From assembly GCF_006345805.1 (NCBI RefSeq), contig NC_043007.1, forward strand, positions 37,758,001 through 37,822,000: a DNA stretch of 64,000 nucleotides, written 5' to 3'. Source of the DNA: Octopus sinensis. Taxonomy: Eukaryota. The notes beneath the pieces were generated by a model. It was not told where the DNA came from, did not search any database, and worked only from the letters and a program-made list of their open reading frames with translations. Every line of letters begins with the position of its first letter. The first letter of the stretch is position 1. The position numbers and the translations under genes are program-made. This document shows positions 38,903 to 53,064 of this stretch, in pieces.

Positions 38903-39096
38903 AGAGAAAGAGTAAAAGTGGGAAAGAGAGCCAGAGAGAGAGAGAAAAGACAGATAGATAGTTATACTACATGTACATAAACTCACGTTTGAGTAAAATA
39001 TTAAGTGTATATACACATACTTGTGTAGAAACACACACACTTGGTTGACTCACCTGAGAAACAAATAAGAATGCATGTGTGTATGTGTGTGTGTGG

Positions 39097-39127
<31 letters not shown>

Positions 39128-39954
39128 TATGCCTGGTATGTGTGTATATTTGTGTCTATGTATGACTGTTGCTATGTTCAGTGTATAAATATATCACAAA
39201 ACAGATGTGACTGGTATTATGTATACAGAAAAATGTACATAATCATTACAAAAATTATTTATAACTCATCAAAGCTTTACAGCATAATAAAAAAAAAATT
39301 AGCAACATTAAAGAACAACTGGGTGGCGGGACAATAAATTTATAAGTTCTTTTGTTAAGGTTGTTTTTTTTTTGCCATAGAGAACATTAATTTTTGAATA
39401 TTGATGCAAAGACACAAAGGTTGGGAGAGTGAAGAAACAACTGTATCGACCCCATTAGTTGACAAGTATTAACCTAAGAAGGAAGATATTATTATTATTT
39501 TTATTTGAAGGTAGAATCGTTAGTACACTGGGCAAAATGCGTAGCAGAATTTCACCTGATGCTACATTCTGAGTTCAAATTCCACCGACGTTGACTTTAC
39601 CTTTCATCCTTTCAGGCTCACTAGGGGTCAATGTAATAGACTCGTCCCCTCCCTCAAAATTGCTGCCCTTAAGGCAACTTTTGAAACCATTATTATTATT
39701 ATTATTATTTGAAGGCAGTGAATTGGCAGAATTGTTCACACGCTGGGTGAATTACTCATTGGTATTTCGTCTGTCTTCACGTCCTGAGTTCAAATGCCAC
39801 CAGGCCTGACTTTGTCTTTCATCCTTTCAGAGTTGATAAAATAAGTACTAGTTGAGTACTGAGATCAATGTGATTGACTTACCCTCTTTCTGCAAACTTC
39901 AGGCCTTGTGTCTATAGTAGAAAGGCTGCTTATTATTATTATTATTATTATTAT

Positions 39955-40509
39955 TGAGTGAGAGAGCAGTGCATGCCATCAAAGTGACACTGGGGTAAAA
40001 TATACAAAGCCCAGTATATCCATCATGACTACCCATCTGATAAGGGTACACTAGGCACATGCATCACAACCATATGTGCGCGACATGGTGAGCTTATATC
40101 AAGATAAACAGCACATGACCTTGCAGGTGGGGCCTAATTAGAATTTTCTTCTGGTTGAGTAAGCTATCCTGCTCAAAAGGTCTCTGAATAAGGGTTGTTT
40201 AAGGATGTTGAACGAAACACCCATGTTTCCAGAGGTGAATTATTCAAATCCCAAAGAATTCCTCTCAACACATGGCCATCATGCTCCTCCACTACTTCTG
40301 CTCGTGATCAGAGATGCACATATCGTCAGCCACTAAGGGACATGCTCAACCGGTTAAGGTCAAACAACTGACAAGCAAATCTGTGGTAATGAGCAGAATA
40401 TTTGCTGTAGCCCATCTTTTATACCAAGACAAAACAATGTACCTGATAACATTTCCAATCAGTTAAGATCAGAAGCCATGAGAGCCACTGCCTGGTACTG
40501 CATCAGGGC

Positions 40510-40515
<6 letters not shown>
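39955..40515 (+). mobile_element. About 560-bp retroposed element inserted in (ATT)n
   Basis: Flanked by TAT repeats. Its internal GATCAGAGATGCACATAT...CAGCCACTAAGGGACATGC segment recurs on the minus strand at about 6400-6540 and partly at about 8530-8610. Confidence 0.65.
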
Positions 40516-40552
<37 letters not shown>

Positions 40553-41099
40553 TCATTCAGATCTAGAATATTTTATAGTAATATTAAACTGATGTAGTGA
40601 TGGTGGATGTTGTCAACCTTTGAAGTTTTAGATGTGTCAGGCAAAATATGTGCAATGATTTGATATTTCTTTTCCAAATTTCAAGTGAAATCACATAAGG
40701 AACTGTAGCTTGCATTTCAAACCTCTGTTTTTTTAGTTAAAATCCTGCCAGGGCTAACTTTTCTTTTCTCTGGTTTGATAAATCAAGACTAGTCATGAAA
40801 CACTATTTATTCTGTTGACTATATTTCTATGATAATTTGTGCAAAAATTGGAGATCATTATTAATATTAAGTAGGAAGTTGGCAGATTCATTTGCACACC
40901 AGGCAAAATGCTTAATGACATGTCAACTGCCTTTTCATTCTGAGCATGCAGCCACTCACATCATAGCTATCTGCTGAGGTCAGTTTTACCCTTCATCTTT
41001 TCAGGGTCGATAAAATAAGAACCAGTTGAATACTGGGGTTGATCTAATTTACTTATTCCAACCCCCAAAGTTGCTGACCTTGTGCCACTGGCTGCATCA

Positions 41100-41450
41100 T
41101 ACAGGCTAGCCTATATGAACTGTATGATTATGAAAACCTCTCTGGCACCACTGCTCTATCTCCCAAATGATAAAGCACCCTATCCACAACGTGGCACTCC
41201 TCTCTGTTCTCCCGTATGGAGCAGAAATGTGGCCTCGCACAATGACCCTGGCAAAGGAGATTGATGGCTTTGATAGCAGAGCCCTGAGGACCATCAAGAA
41301 TATCAAATGGTGCCATTATCTAGCCCAGCACCAGATAGTTGGATGTGATTAAGAAAGATCTCCAGAGGATTGATGTCACCTTGGAGGATGCAGAGAGGTT
41401 GGCACAGGATCACCAGTGATGAGGAACACTGGTGGACCTGGAAGCTCTAT
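41100..41450 (+). mobile_element. RTE-type LINE fragment
   Basis: SVLPYGAEMWPRTMTLAKEIDGFDSRALRTIKNIKW resembles the RTE motif SVLLYGAETW...LDAF..RCLRRIL.IKW. Confidence 0.8.
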
Positions 41451-42168
41451 GCACAATAACACCTGTGGAACCACTAACCTGGGATGACTCCAGCCCCATC
41501 AAATAAGAGCATGACTGAGGGTGACAGTGCATAACTGTGTGCATGTGAGCAGAAAAAGTACCCTAGGTGGAGTGACTCACTGTACTCTCCCTACAGCTTC
41601 CATACTTCCTCAACAGCCATTTCTCATCTCTCTCTCTCTCTCTGGACTACTTCCACAACTCCCATGCCTCAATTTTCTTCAATGACTCTTCAGATTCCTT
41701 GTCACCCCTATCTATTTTTACTTTTTATGGTCTCTTTCCTTTACACCTTCCATCCATGGAACGGACTGATTGGGTTCAACTGTTTGGCAGTTATTTGGCA
41801 AGGTTTATTGAGCATATGACCTGTTTTGGTGACAGCATTAGAGTGGTTTAGCTCTTATTTCTAGCAATGTAGGCATTTCCTAACACCCTACTCACATTTA
41901 GTGACAATTAATGTATAATTCTCCTTTTTGGTAAAACATTGGAAACTGCTCTCTTTACTCTTTTACTTGTTTCAGTCATTTGACTGCGGCCATGCTGGAG
42001 CACTACCTTTAGTCGAGCAAATCGACCCCGGGACTTATTCTTTGTAAGCCCAGTACTTATTCTATCGGTCTCTTTTACCGAACCGCTAAGTGACGGGGAC
42101 GTAAATACACCAGCATCGGTTGTCAAGCAATGCTAGGGGGACAAACACAGACACACAAACACACACGC

Positions 42169-42211
<43 letters not shown>

Positions 42212-42634
42212 TACGACAGGCTTCTTTCAGTTTCCGTCTACCAAATCCACTCACAAGGCATTGGTCGGCATGGGGCTATAGCAGAAGACACTTGCCCAAG
42301 ATGCCACGCAGTGGGACTGAACCCGGAACCATGTGGTTGGTTAGCAAGCTACTTACCACACCGCCACTCCTGCTGTTTATATTAATTTACAAAGTTAGGG
42401 ATAAAACTACTTTAATGATTTTATCAAGTGGCCAGTGTGTAATAAAACCATAAAGTAACAATTTATACTATTATATAATTATATTGTATAAGTATATTAA
42501 AGGGTGCGGATAAACCCCACCAAAATGTTAGAAACAGATGTCAAACGGCTCTAAACACCACATCTACACTCCGCTAGTATAGGTTGTAAGTGGGCAGATG
42601 AATAAATGAATAAGATTTTTTTTTTAAATGGTTA

Positions 42635-42691
42635 ATTGTAGATTGATTTCTGGCTTAGGGTTGTAAAACCCCTTGCTGTCATCAGTACAAT
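42635..42691 (-). ncRNA. Degenerate hammerhead-like motif
   Basis: Minus strand reads ATTGTA-CTGATGA-CAGCAAGGGGTT(TTAC)AACCCTAAGCCA-GAAA-TCAATC-TACAAT. Stem I is a perfect 6 bp, but the base of stem II and stem III are decayed. Confidence 0.5.
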
Positions 42692-42909
42692 ATGCCATAG
42701 TATGTAAATGCAAATATTTATACAAACCCATACAAAAATTATATTATATAATTATATATATATATATATAGAGAGAGGGGGGGGAGAGAAGACATTACAC
42801 ATACATACAAACATAATTAGATGCACATACACACAGAGGTAGAACGAGAGAAACATTAAACCATCTTGATGTCAAATAAGTCAGCATCAAATCAGTGATA
42901 CCAAATATA

Positions 42910-43141
42910 TATTTCTTTATTGCCCACAAGGGGCTAAACACAGAGGGGACAAACAAGGACAGACAAAGGGATTAAGTCGATTACATCGACCCCAGTGCAA
43001 AACTGGTACTTTATTTATCGACTCCAAAAGGATGAAAGGCAAAGTCGACCTCGGTGGAATTTGAACCCAGAACGTAACGGAAGATGAAATACGGCTACAC
43101 ATTTCGTCCGGCGTGCTAACGTTTCTGCCAGCTTGCCGCCT
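42910..43141 (-). mobile_element. SINE family A
   Basis: ATCAGTGATACCAAATATA flanks both ends (19-bp TSD). Confidence 0.85.
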
Positions 43142-44766
43142 ATCAGTGATACCAAATATATGGCACTAAAACATTTCCTATCCATCTATATTCACCTTTA
43201 TAATGTAAAATAGCTTCAGATTCCCTCTATCCAACCCACCTCATATTTCTACTCTATCCCTTCTTTTCTCATTAATGACTTCCTTTCTCTCTTCCCCTCT
43301 CCCCCACACACTTCCTCCCCCATCACAGTGTGCTCTTCTACTCTCTCCATAACCACCTTCTCACAACTATACATCTGTTCCTCTCATCATATTTCTCTCC
43401 CCTCTCTCATCACCCACATCTAGAATTATTGTAGCCTATCTCTTCTGTTTCCCTTAACTTATAGGGGCCACTTTAGGGCCTTAGTCTTGTAAGTTGCAAG
43501 GTGCCTCACAAGCGCTGATGCCATGGAAACAAAACTCTCCTACATTCTGTAAAGCAGCTGCCTTCAGGAAGGGCATCAAGCCATATAAGCCATGTCGAAG
43601 CAGACCTTGGGGTATGATATGGTCCTCAGACTTGAATCTGTCCAACTAACATCTGCATGAAAGGAGGACACTGAAAGGGAGGAGAGAAGAGGAGAGGAGA
43701 GATGGGGGAGAAGGAAAACAAGGAGAGGAAGAGGATGAGAAGGATCTAGGTTGTTTTATAGGGACATTTAATTGACACCAGTATTTGACTGGTACTTATT
43801 GATCTCAAAAGTATAAAAAGTAAAGTTTTAGTATTTTATTATAATTTCATTCCCATTTAGGATGTTTTATAAAAATAAATAAATGCACCCTTTTAAAGCC
43901 TAGCCAGGCTCCTGGGCCCGGTTTCTATGGCGTATGTGTTCCCCAGCTGGACGGGACACCAGTCCATCACAGCGTTATTCATTTTTGCCAGCTGAGTGGA
44001 CTGGAGCAACGTGAAATGAAGTGTTTTGCTCAAGAGCACAATGCATCGCCTGGTCCAGGAATCAAAACCACAATCTTACGATCATGATGCTGATACCCTA
44101 ACCACTAAGCCACGCGCCTCCACAGGATGTTTTATAGGAACATTAAATTGACCCCCAGTACTTGACTGGTGCTTTGTTTCATTGATCCCCAAAAATGAAA
44201 GGCAAAGTTAACCTAGGCAGGTTTTCAAACTGTAAATGTAAAGGAATTCAAGAAAATTCTGGAAGGCATTTGATTTGCTGCTCTACTGTATCTTCCAATA
44301 TACTACAACCTAACATAGATCTTAAACAATTGAGCTGTTCACACCAAATGAAATGAAAATACTTTTATATTTATCCTGGTTTTCTTTTTTTTTCAAGGTT
44401 CAAACAAAACTTGTCTGATTGTACCAACATGAAACAAATTCACAGGACATATTTATTAAAAAATGTTCGAGATCTTACAAAAATTTAGGTTACACAATTG
44501 ATATACTTATAAAAGCACAGTGGTATCATTAACCACCACCACCACCACCATCACCAATTTAAATATAGTACTGGAGGCAATAAGAAAAGTGTTTAAGACT
44601 GGCTGTCCATGAGAACACCTTATATATTGATGACCTAGTTCTCACAGCTGAACTATTGAAGGTTTAGAGGAAGATTTCCAAACATGGAAGTGAAGCCAGA
44701 AATTGACAAGTCTGAAAGTAAATCTAGCCAAGACAAGAGTTTTAGTTTGCAAGAAATGAAAGGTTG

Positions 44767-44934
44767 GTTACGTTCTGAGTTCAAATTCCGCCGAGGTCGA
44801 TTTTGCCTTTCATCTTTTCAGGGTTGATAAATTAAGTACCAGTTATGCACTGGTGTCGATATAATTGACTTAATCCCTTTGCCTGTCCTTGTTTGTCCCT
44901 TCTATGTTTAGCCCTTTGTGGGAAGTAAAGAAAT
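44767..44934 (+). mobile_element. 5'-truncated SINE family A inside a decayed LINE-like stretch
   Basis: AAGAAATGAAAGGTTG occurs on both sides (16-bp TSD). Confidence 0.75.
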
Positions 44935-46199
44935 AAGAAATGAAAGGTTGCTACTGCCATCTTGAAAGTGACCATATTCAAAATTCAAAAAGGGGAGAAG
45001 GTAGGAATTCGATATACTGCACTCAGTGTAAAATCTGGATGCACATGTGATGCAGTGAGAACACAAACAGGCTGACAAAAAAGGACTTTGTATGAGGCAG
45101 GTGTGCCAAACTAATTGATGATGATGATGACAAAGAAGAGCCAACATTTTTTGCTGGTGTTTACTAGAGCATGACAAATATTTAGTTATTCAATGCACAC
45201 ACTTTTCCCCAATACCTTACCACAAGCAACACGCAGCACATTATAACCCCATGCAGTGTATCATCACTCCAAACACAGCCACTATGTCTTGCATTATCTC
45301 AATAACCATGCACCCATTCCATCACACCACACCACATTTCACTTCCACTACATTTCTCCTCCACATTGCTCCACACATCACGTCACCACATCACACTACT
45401 CATTGAAGCAAGTGTGTTTTGGATAATTCAGTCCTGGATGAACTGCCAATATACTGCAATCTAACATAGCTCTGTCAGTCAAATACAGACAGAATGGTCA
45501 CGGCTGGAATGCCTTTGATCATAGCTCTGTTCAATCATGGCTTACCTGGGGCTCAGTACCACTACCACCACCTCAAATAATTTCCAATCCCATTCTGCTG
45601 CAAGTTGTCTGATATATCAGCACTACCACTACTAGCAACACCATATCACCATAAACACACCAACAAAGCAAGTAATCTAGTTACAGCACTTTTCATAATG
45701 AACCTCACCACACCACACAACACAAAATTCTTCTCTATCTAGTCACTCAACTTGTTAGAAATATATTTCTTTATTACCTACAAGGAGCTAAACACAGAAG
45801 GGACAAATAAGGACAGACAAACGGATTAAGTCAATTATATCGACTCCAGTGCGTAACTGGTACTTATTTAATCGACCCCGAAAGGATGAAAGGCAAATAG
45901 CAGTTATATCTGCTTCGAATCACATATAAGTAAAATACACATTAAACAGTAGTCCAAAATACAGTCTGAAAAAAGAAAAAAAGCAATCCCCTTCCCAGGA
46001 TAGCTATAGCTGGAACACATTTACTCATGACAGTTTTTACATCAGGTTTGACTGATGGGTGGCAGGCCTAAAGAAGTACCACAACACATAACATTTTGTA
46101 ACGTGATTTAACAGTAAACCCCATACTCATGCTCACAACTAATACTATCATATATCCATTTATCTATCTGTCTCTGTGTGTGTGTATCCACCCATCCAT

Positions 46200-46460
46200 T
46201 TTCACTCAGTATTCCAGGGAGGGATGTGAAGGCAGAGTCCTCGGGCGCATTCTCCATAGGGTCCTATCAGAAGCAACCATCATTAAATTTTCCAGCTGTA
46301 TTCCCAAGTGTGGCCAACTGAGGCTATGGACATTATCAACTATCTCGTTCTCAGACAACCCCTAGGTCTCCTGCTCATTGGCTCGGCTTGAAGAACCCAT
46401 CTTGTGATTCTTTCCTGTGACATTCTAACCACGTTCATAGTACCAGAGCTGTGGTCGCAC
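46200..46460 (-). mobile_element. RTE-type LINE 3' fragment
   Basis: Minus frames give ERITRWVLQAEPMSRRPRG.LRTR and LGIQLENLMMVASDRTLWR, the typical RTE C-terminus. Confidence 0.7.
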
Positions 46461-46569
46461 AATGCAAAGAAGAAGTGGCTTGATTTACTATGAGAGACTC
46501 CCTAATCTGAGCTACATTACTCTAAAGAACTTCCAGAAGATTCCTACACACACCTCTCTCTCTTTCATG

Positions 46570-46609
<40 letters not shown>

Positions 46610-46645
46610 ATCAAAGTGTACAGTATAATATATCTGTTACAGCTG

Positions 46646-46729
46646 ATCTTACCAATTGGTTTCACACTAGGGTGTTCAACGGAATGTTAGGTAACTGTCT
46701 AATTATGTAGCCCTGTGCTCATCAGAGGT
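46646..46729 (-). ncRNA. Type I hammerhead ribozyme motif, slightly decayed
   Basis: Minus strand reads ACCT-CTGATGA-GCACAGGG...CCCTAGTGT-GAAA-CCAATTGG-TA-AGAT. The core is intact and stem III is palindromic. Stem I has one mismatch and stem II closes with G.U. Confidence 0.68.
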
Positions 46730-47425
46730 GACTGTTATAGAATGAAATATGGCAACTGTGCTTTCTCTCTCTCTCTCTCTCCATATATATATAGGTGACT
46801 GAACAAATGAAAGAAAGAGGCTACTGAGCAAGAAGAAACATTAGTTTCTGACTCCCATTAGTTGTGATAAGGACACGGCTACCACTCTAATATTAGTATC
46901 ACAAATACACCCAGCACACTTTGTAAAGTATAAGCTTGTGCAGTTCCTTTAGCCGTGATGAGGACATAACATTTCTCTAGTATGGGTGGCTTGAAAAAAA
47001 AAAAAACAGAAAGCATTCACCATACTGACAAGTGGCTGGAATTAGGAAGGGTGACTAGCTGTAGAAACCAAGCCAGAATGGAATGCAAGCAAGATAACGT
47101 CCTTCCTTGGCCCATGTATGTAACCAGATCTATCCTACCTATGCCAACATGGACAGCCGGCAGACATAAAACGACGATGACAACGGTGATATGTATTTCA
47201 GTTTTGATATAAACATAACAACACCATTTCCACCAATAACAGCAAAGACAGAAATGTTATACAATACATTTTATCAGTTCTGGTCCATTGCTCAGATGAG
47301 TAAGTGGCTATTGTTACTTGAAAATATGTGGTTAATTTTAGCACACAACTGCCTGGCTGTCTGTTTTTCTGTCAGTCAAATCTATCTATTTATTTGTCTG
47401 CATTTTTCAAAACAATCTACAAACC

Positions 47426-47456
<31 letters not shown>

Positions 47457-49866
47457 ACACTCATGCACGCATGTATGTATATGAAATATTTGACTGGTGT
47501 AAAATTTTAAATTCATAAGGAGGGTTAAAGTTTGGTAAAAAAACTTCACCATTTGATAGAATTAGTATTACTGTCACAGAACAGCCACAGTTTAATGTAA
47601 AGCCAGTAAAAGAGCAAAAGAAATATCCATTGACTTTTAAGGTAAACCTGTGAGTATTTCAGAGATACTAAGGTAACACTCAGACAGGATCAGCTTGACA
47701 TAGTGTATGACAAGGCACACCCTTTGAACAACTGATAAAGACCATTAGACGAGCTTCTGCACTGTCTGTGCTTACTGGACTTTAGACCACATCAGAACAC
47801 ACTTATCTAAGGTCCCCTGTGGTAGCATCAAATTCAGGACCTTATGACAAGCATTGCCAACATGGAAAGCAGATTGTCAACATGAAAAAAGGGTGTGTCT
47901 ATGTGTGTGTGCATCATTCTGTGTGTAAATATGTGGGTATCTACATATGCATACCTCATAAACACATCAATTATACAGTCAGACATTTAACAATAATCAA
48001 GTTTTCTATAATCCAAAAACATTATCATCATAACCATTCTACTAATTCAAATACACACATGCCTCTGTCTTAAAGAAAAGAAAAGATTGTATCTAAGATG
48101 ACAGCTGATTGTGTAATATGTCATACATGACGTTTGAAAAAAAAAAAAGAAATGTGAAAACAAGATAGTCATCATTAGAACTCTTTTGATCATGGATTGA
48201 CCTGGGGTTAAAACGTAACAACAAATAGTAGTAAGGACACAGTAAGGATACTTTTGTAAAGCAGAAGGGGATAGAGTGGTGGGCTAAATATAAGTCAGTT
48301 ACTAACATGGGTGAACTATTTATATGACTTTTCTAGTGAACCAGGACAGGAATGACATCCAATGACAACCTTCCAGTTATGGGGTCATAACTCAATGCTA
48401 TTTATAAATATTTCACATTGGGAAAATTAAATGAGATTAAAAGACAGAGCATTACAGAGAGGTGGGGCAAAGGGTTAAAGCGAGTACAGGATAAAGATCT
48501 CCTTTGGTCATGAATGACCATAGGATTGCACCTAGAAAGTTACCTTCCAAGGCACAAGTCCAAGCAAGGTTGTTTATGGAAGACTAACGGTCGCCCATGC
48601 ATATCAGCCTCTCCTCTCCACACCACTGAAGTTATCCAAGGGAAAGGCAAAGGCCAATACAGCTTGGCACCAGTGACATTGCAACTCACTTCCACAACTG
48701 AGTGAACTGGAGCAACATGAAATAAAGTATCTTGCTCAAGAACACAACACAGCCTGGTCCGGGAATTGAACTCAATACCTCATGATTGTGAGCCCGATTC
48801 TCATCAATTTTATATTAAACCTGCTGCTTACAATGGAAACTATATCCCCCTGCAGTACTACAGAAATTCAGCAGGAACCTCTACATAGTTAGGGTTACAC
48901 CTACTAGAAATAGCAGCCAAATTTCCATCAAATTCCGTTGTACCACTTTAAAAATATAGAACACATTAGATAATGTAGCATTCATTACACTACATAAAAA
49001 AAGGTAAAGATTGGAAGGTATTTGGTCATAGGTCCACTGGATCAGAGCTGACCTGGAGTTAAGCAACACCAATCTGAGCCTCATTCAAATTGATAAAAAT
49101 ATCAGCAAAACATACCTACAATTTTAATATAGGAAAGAAACATTTAATATAGACCAAAACACACTAAAAGATGAGATGGTCACAGCTGGAATACTTTTGA
49201 TTATAGATTTGCTTCATGAAGCAGGTCCTAACCTAAACTACACCGCTAACAGCAACATCTTAGATCTGGTAGATTGCCATCCAGAGTACAGTAACTTTGT
49301 TACAAACACAATATAGGATTGTCAGTTGGTATGTCCTGTCTACCTTGACTCTAGTTATCTGATACCTTACACACTTGACCATCTGCATTAGATATATAAC
49401 TTCAATGTTAGTCAGTATAATAATGTAGGTTGCAGTCATGTATTATGCCCAAAATCTGCAAGTTAACCTAGATGCAGCACATAGCACTTTGCGGTTTGCA
49501 CTTCTGCCACATTCCACAGGTGTGATAATGAATTCTAAAATATGCACAATGCCTAACAATGAACTCTAAAATAGAGACAGAGTGGAATAATCAATCATGT
49601 CAAGCCAAATACTTGACTGGCATGTTGTTTTTATTTAAAAGAATGAGAGGCCAAGTTGGACCTTGGCAGGATTGGAACTCACACCATAATGATATGTAAC
49701 TATATAACACAAGGCAATTTGTCAGCTGCTTTATGAAACCTACTGAGCCACCGTTCAGATGTCAGCATGTAAAGCATAAATGTCTCTTAATCCTTTGAAC
49801 CCATGAGTATACTTTAGCAAGGTTGATTTCATTTGACTATACCCATAGAAGATACATAAGTGAATA

Positions 49867-50353
49867 CCATAAATCTTCGAGTATAGTCCACTCTTGTGTA
49901 TAATACACAGGGGATTTTTAGGGGGCTGTACCTCTGAAAAACCTAAACCTTGTGTATAATACGCACTCCTTCTCTAGCTTGAGTCGCAGCACCTATTCGA
50001 ACAAACACTTCCGCACATGCGTAATACAATAATGGTGATGTTCTTAACTGTTATATGGGAATGTAAATATGTTTGAAAATTGTTTTTGTTATATGTTATT
50101 CTGTGTTCTGAACACTTTTATTTTAATAAATGTCGCTTACTGCAAGTTATGGATGATTCTTTTATAACTTCATTGCTTTCAGGCTTAGCTTAAGATATTT
50201 TTGCGCTCGAATTAACATTGCTGGACAGCAAATAGAGACTCGGACATTGCTTAGAGAGTATTTTTCATTTTTAACCCCATATATAGTACGCACTAGGGAT
50301 TTTGACCTTTAAATTTTGGGAAAAAAATGTGGATTATACACGAAGATTTACGG
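49867..50353. mobile_element. Tc2/pogo-like MITE
   Basis: TA-CCATAAATCTTCGAGTATAGTCCAC...GTGGATTATACACGAAGATTTACGG-TA gives TIRs with a TA TSD. Confidence 0.8.
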
Positions 50354-52833
50354 TAGACACATGGTTTTATGCGTTTGACTGAAAATAACAATGTTTCTAC
50401 CAATTAGTGAGTTGTAAATACAAAATCCTGCTGCTGCCTGCTTTTGCATCTTTCAGGAATAATAATCAAATGATATTATCCCTATTACAAAGTATACTTG
50501 CAGTTTCAAAGGGTTCAGTCCTACACTAATCTACATTACCTCACTTCTTTCATGTGGTAATCTGGTAGACATCAGAACAGAGGACAAAATGCCTTGTAGT
50601 GTTTGTTCCAATTTTCTGTGGTGAGAAGCTGAGATACATAGATGTTAACCAGAGGAGACATTTGGGGAAAAAAGTTAGATGAGGTCAGAAATAAGAAGAC
50701 TTTAAACTACCAAGTAATGCAAAAACATGATATGGTTCAGACAAATCTAACCCATGCCAACACAGAAAACAAAAATTAAGGTACTAAAAGGGTGGTAGTG
50801 GTAGTTGTAACATTGACAAAGGTTAAGGTGACCTGGGTAGGACTTTAACACAGAACCATGAAAACACATGACAATAACAAAAAAGTAGACTTCCTACGTA
50901 AAAAAAAAAAAAATACCAATCCCATCTTCCATAATCTTACTATCTCTGCACCAAATACCACCTTGATCCACACAAGAGAGCAATAAATTCTTTAACTCTG
51001 TCTTCATCAAAATTCCAACATTGTCTTTTTTTGCCTTCCTTCCATTCCTTCTCAGGACTTCTTGATGAATCACAATAAACTTCCACACAAACATAAACTC
51101 CCTCTACCCTTCTCTGTCTCACACACACAAACTCTCTCTCTCATACACACACACACACTCTCTCTCTCTTTCGTGCACACATACAAACATATGTACACAC
51201 ACAGGAGACAACCTAGGCAGACAGGTTTTAAAAACAAAATGAAATCTATGATAATATTTACACTGACACTTAACATTCCTGTTTAACTTGCATTTCACAT
51301 CCTCCACTGGTTTGTAACTGACCTTCAAGGCAGAACTGGGCGGGTGCAGTGACTGGAGGATGGGTGGGAGTCACTATACTATGTCATCATTAAGATCCAC
51401 CCCATAACCCCTCATTATAAAATAACAACCAGAGGCTAAAGCAAATGTGTCTGTGTGTCTTGCAAGTAAATAGGAAACAACTAGAGAAGACAGAACTGAC
51501 TGATCTTTTTTTTTCTATCTCAATTAGGGTGGGACTAGAAAGGATTGGTGGGGAATTCCAGGGCAGGGTGTGGGCTTTAAAGTCACTCCAGAACCCTATA
51601 AACCTGTTCTAGAGAGTCAACAAGGGTAACATCTATGTAGTTGGCTCACCTTTTAGAAATAGCAACCAAATCTCCTTCAAATCACACCCTACCCACTTGA
51701 AAAAAAAAGACATATTAAGGCTGGAATTCCTTTTATCACAGATATGTTCTCTCAAGGCTGACTTGAGTCTAAACAATGATGATTGTAAAGTACTTTACAA
51801 AACCAATTTTCAAGCTGAACCAATATAAAACAAGTGAGACCTTTCACATACAAGTACAGCCCATCTGACAATTTTCTGTACAGTTTGTTTATCTAAATTC
51901 ATTCACAAGGCTTGGGCAAAGCAAAAGCTATAGTAAAAGTCATTAGTCTAAGGTGCTATGCAGTGTGATCAAAATTAAAAGTGCACTTTAACCACAGCAT
52001 CCATATTTGAGAAGGTATAGATCAACATTGTAGGCGGAAATGCAGTGAAGTCACTGTATAACAGCAAGCTGTTCAAATTCTTTAACAGGTAAAAAATTGT
52101 TTTAGGCAGGTGTGACTGTGTGGTAAGAAGTTTGCTTCCCAGTCACATGATTCTGGGTCCAGTCCCACTGCATGGTACTTTGGGTAAGTGTCTTCTATGA
52201 TAGACCTGGGCTTACCAAAAGCCTTGTGAGTGGATTTCATAGATGGAAACTGAAAGAAGCCTATTATGTGTGAGTGTGTGTGTGTGTTTGTCCCCCACCA
52301 CCGCTTAACAACTGGTGTTGGTTTGTTTACATTCCCCTACCTTAGTGGTTTGGCAAAAAGGAACCAATCGAATAAGCATCAGGCTTTAAAAAAAGAAATG
52401 TAGTGGAATCAATTTGTTCAACCAAACCCTTCAAGGTAGTGCTCCAGCATGGTTGCAGTTTAATGATTCAAAGAAGTAAAAAAATAAAAGAACGCATCAA
52501 CAAAGGAGGCTTGTATGTAGCTGCTTGACTTGCTAGAAGTAACAATCAAATGTCCTTCAACACCTACCTCACCTTCTTAATAAAACAAAAAATGACATAT
52601 TGACATACTGGGCAATGTAGTCCTTGATATGCTTATGCCTAAAAACAAGACATGATGATTATGCTTCTGATCATAGGTGTACTCAATCAAGACTTAATGT
52701 TTTTGCTAACTCTTATAAGTTATGTTTCAGCATACCATCAAATAAAATCCCAAACACCAACAAATGCAGTAACCTGCCAGTGTGATAAGATACAAACTCA
52801 TAACTATTCAGTTAATAGATTTAACCATATCAA

Positions 52834-53064
52834 GGCGGTGATCTGGCAGAAACGTTAGCACGCCGGGCAAAATGCTTAGCGGTATTTCGCCCGCCATTAC
52901 GTTCTGAGTTCAATTTCCGCCGAGGTCAACTTAGCCTTTCATCCTTTTGGGGTCAATTAAATAAGTACCAGTTACGCACTGGGGTCGATGTGATCGACGT
53001 AATCTGTTTGTCTGTCCTTGTTTGTCCCCTTTGTGTGTAACCCCTTGTGGGCAGTAAAGAAATA
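52834..53064 (+). mobile_element. SINE family A, full length
   Basis: 17-bp TSD AGATTTAACCATATCAA at 52817-52833 and 53065-53081. Confidence 0.88.

Noticed and set aside
50894-51128. Minus-strand ORFs ending at a GTAAGA donor, considered as the missing CH exon
   Set aside because: There is no acceptor and no CH-like residues, and the phase 2 frame would create a TAG on joining the 35002 exon.
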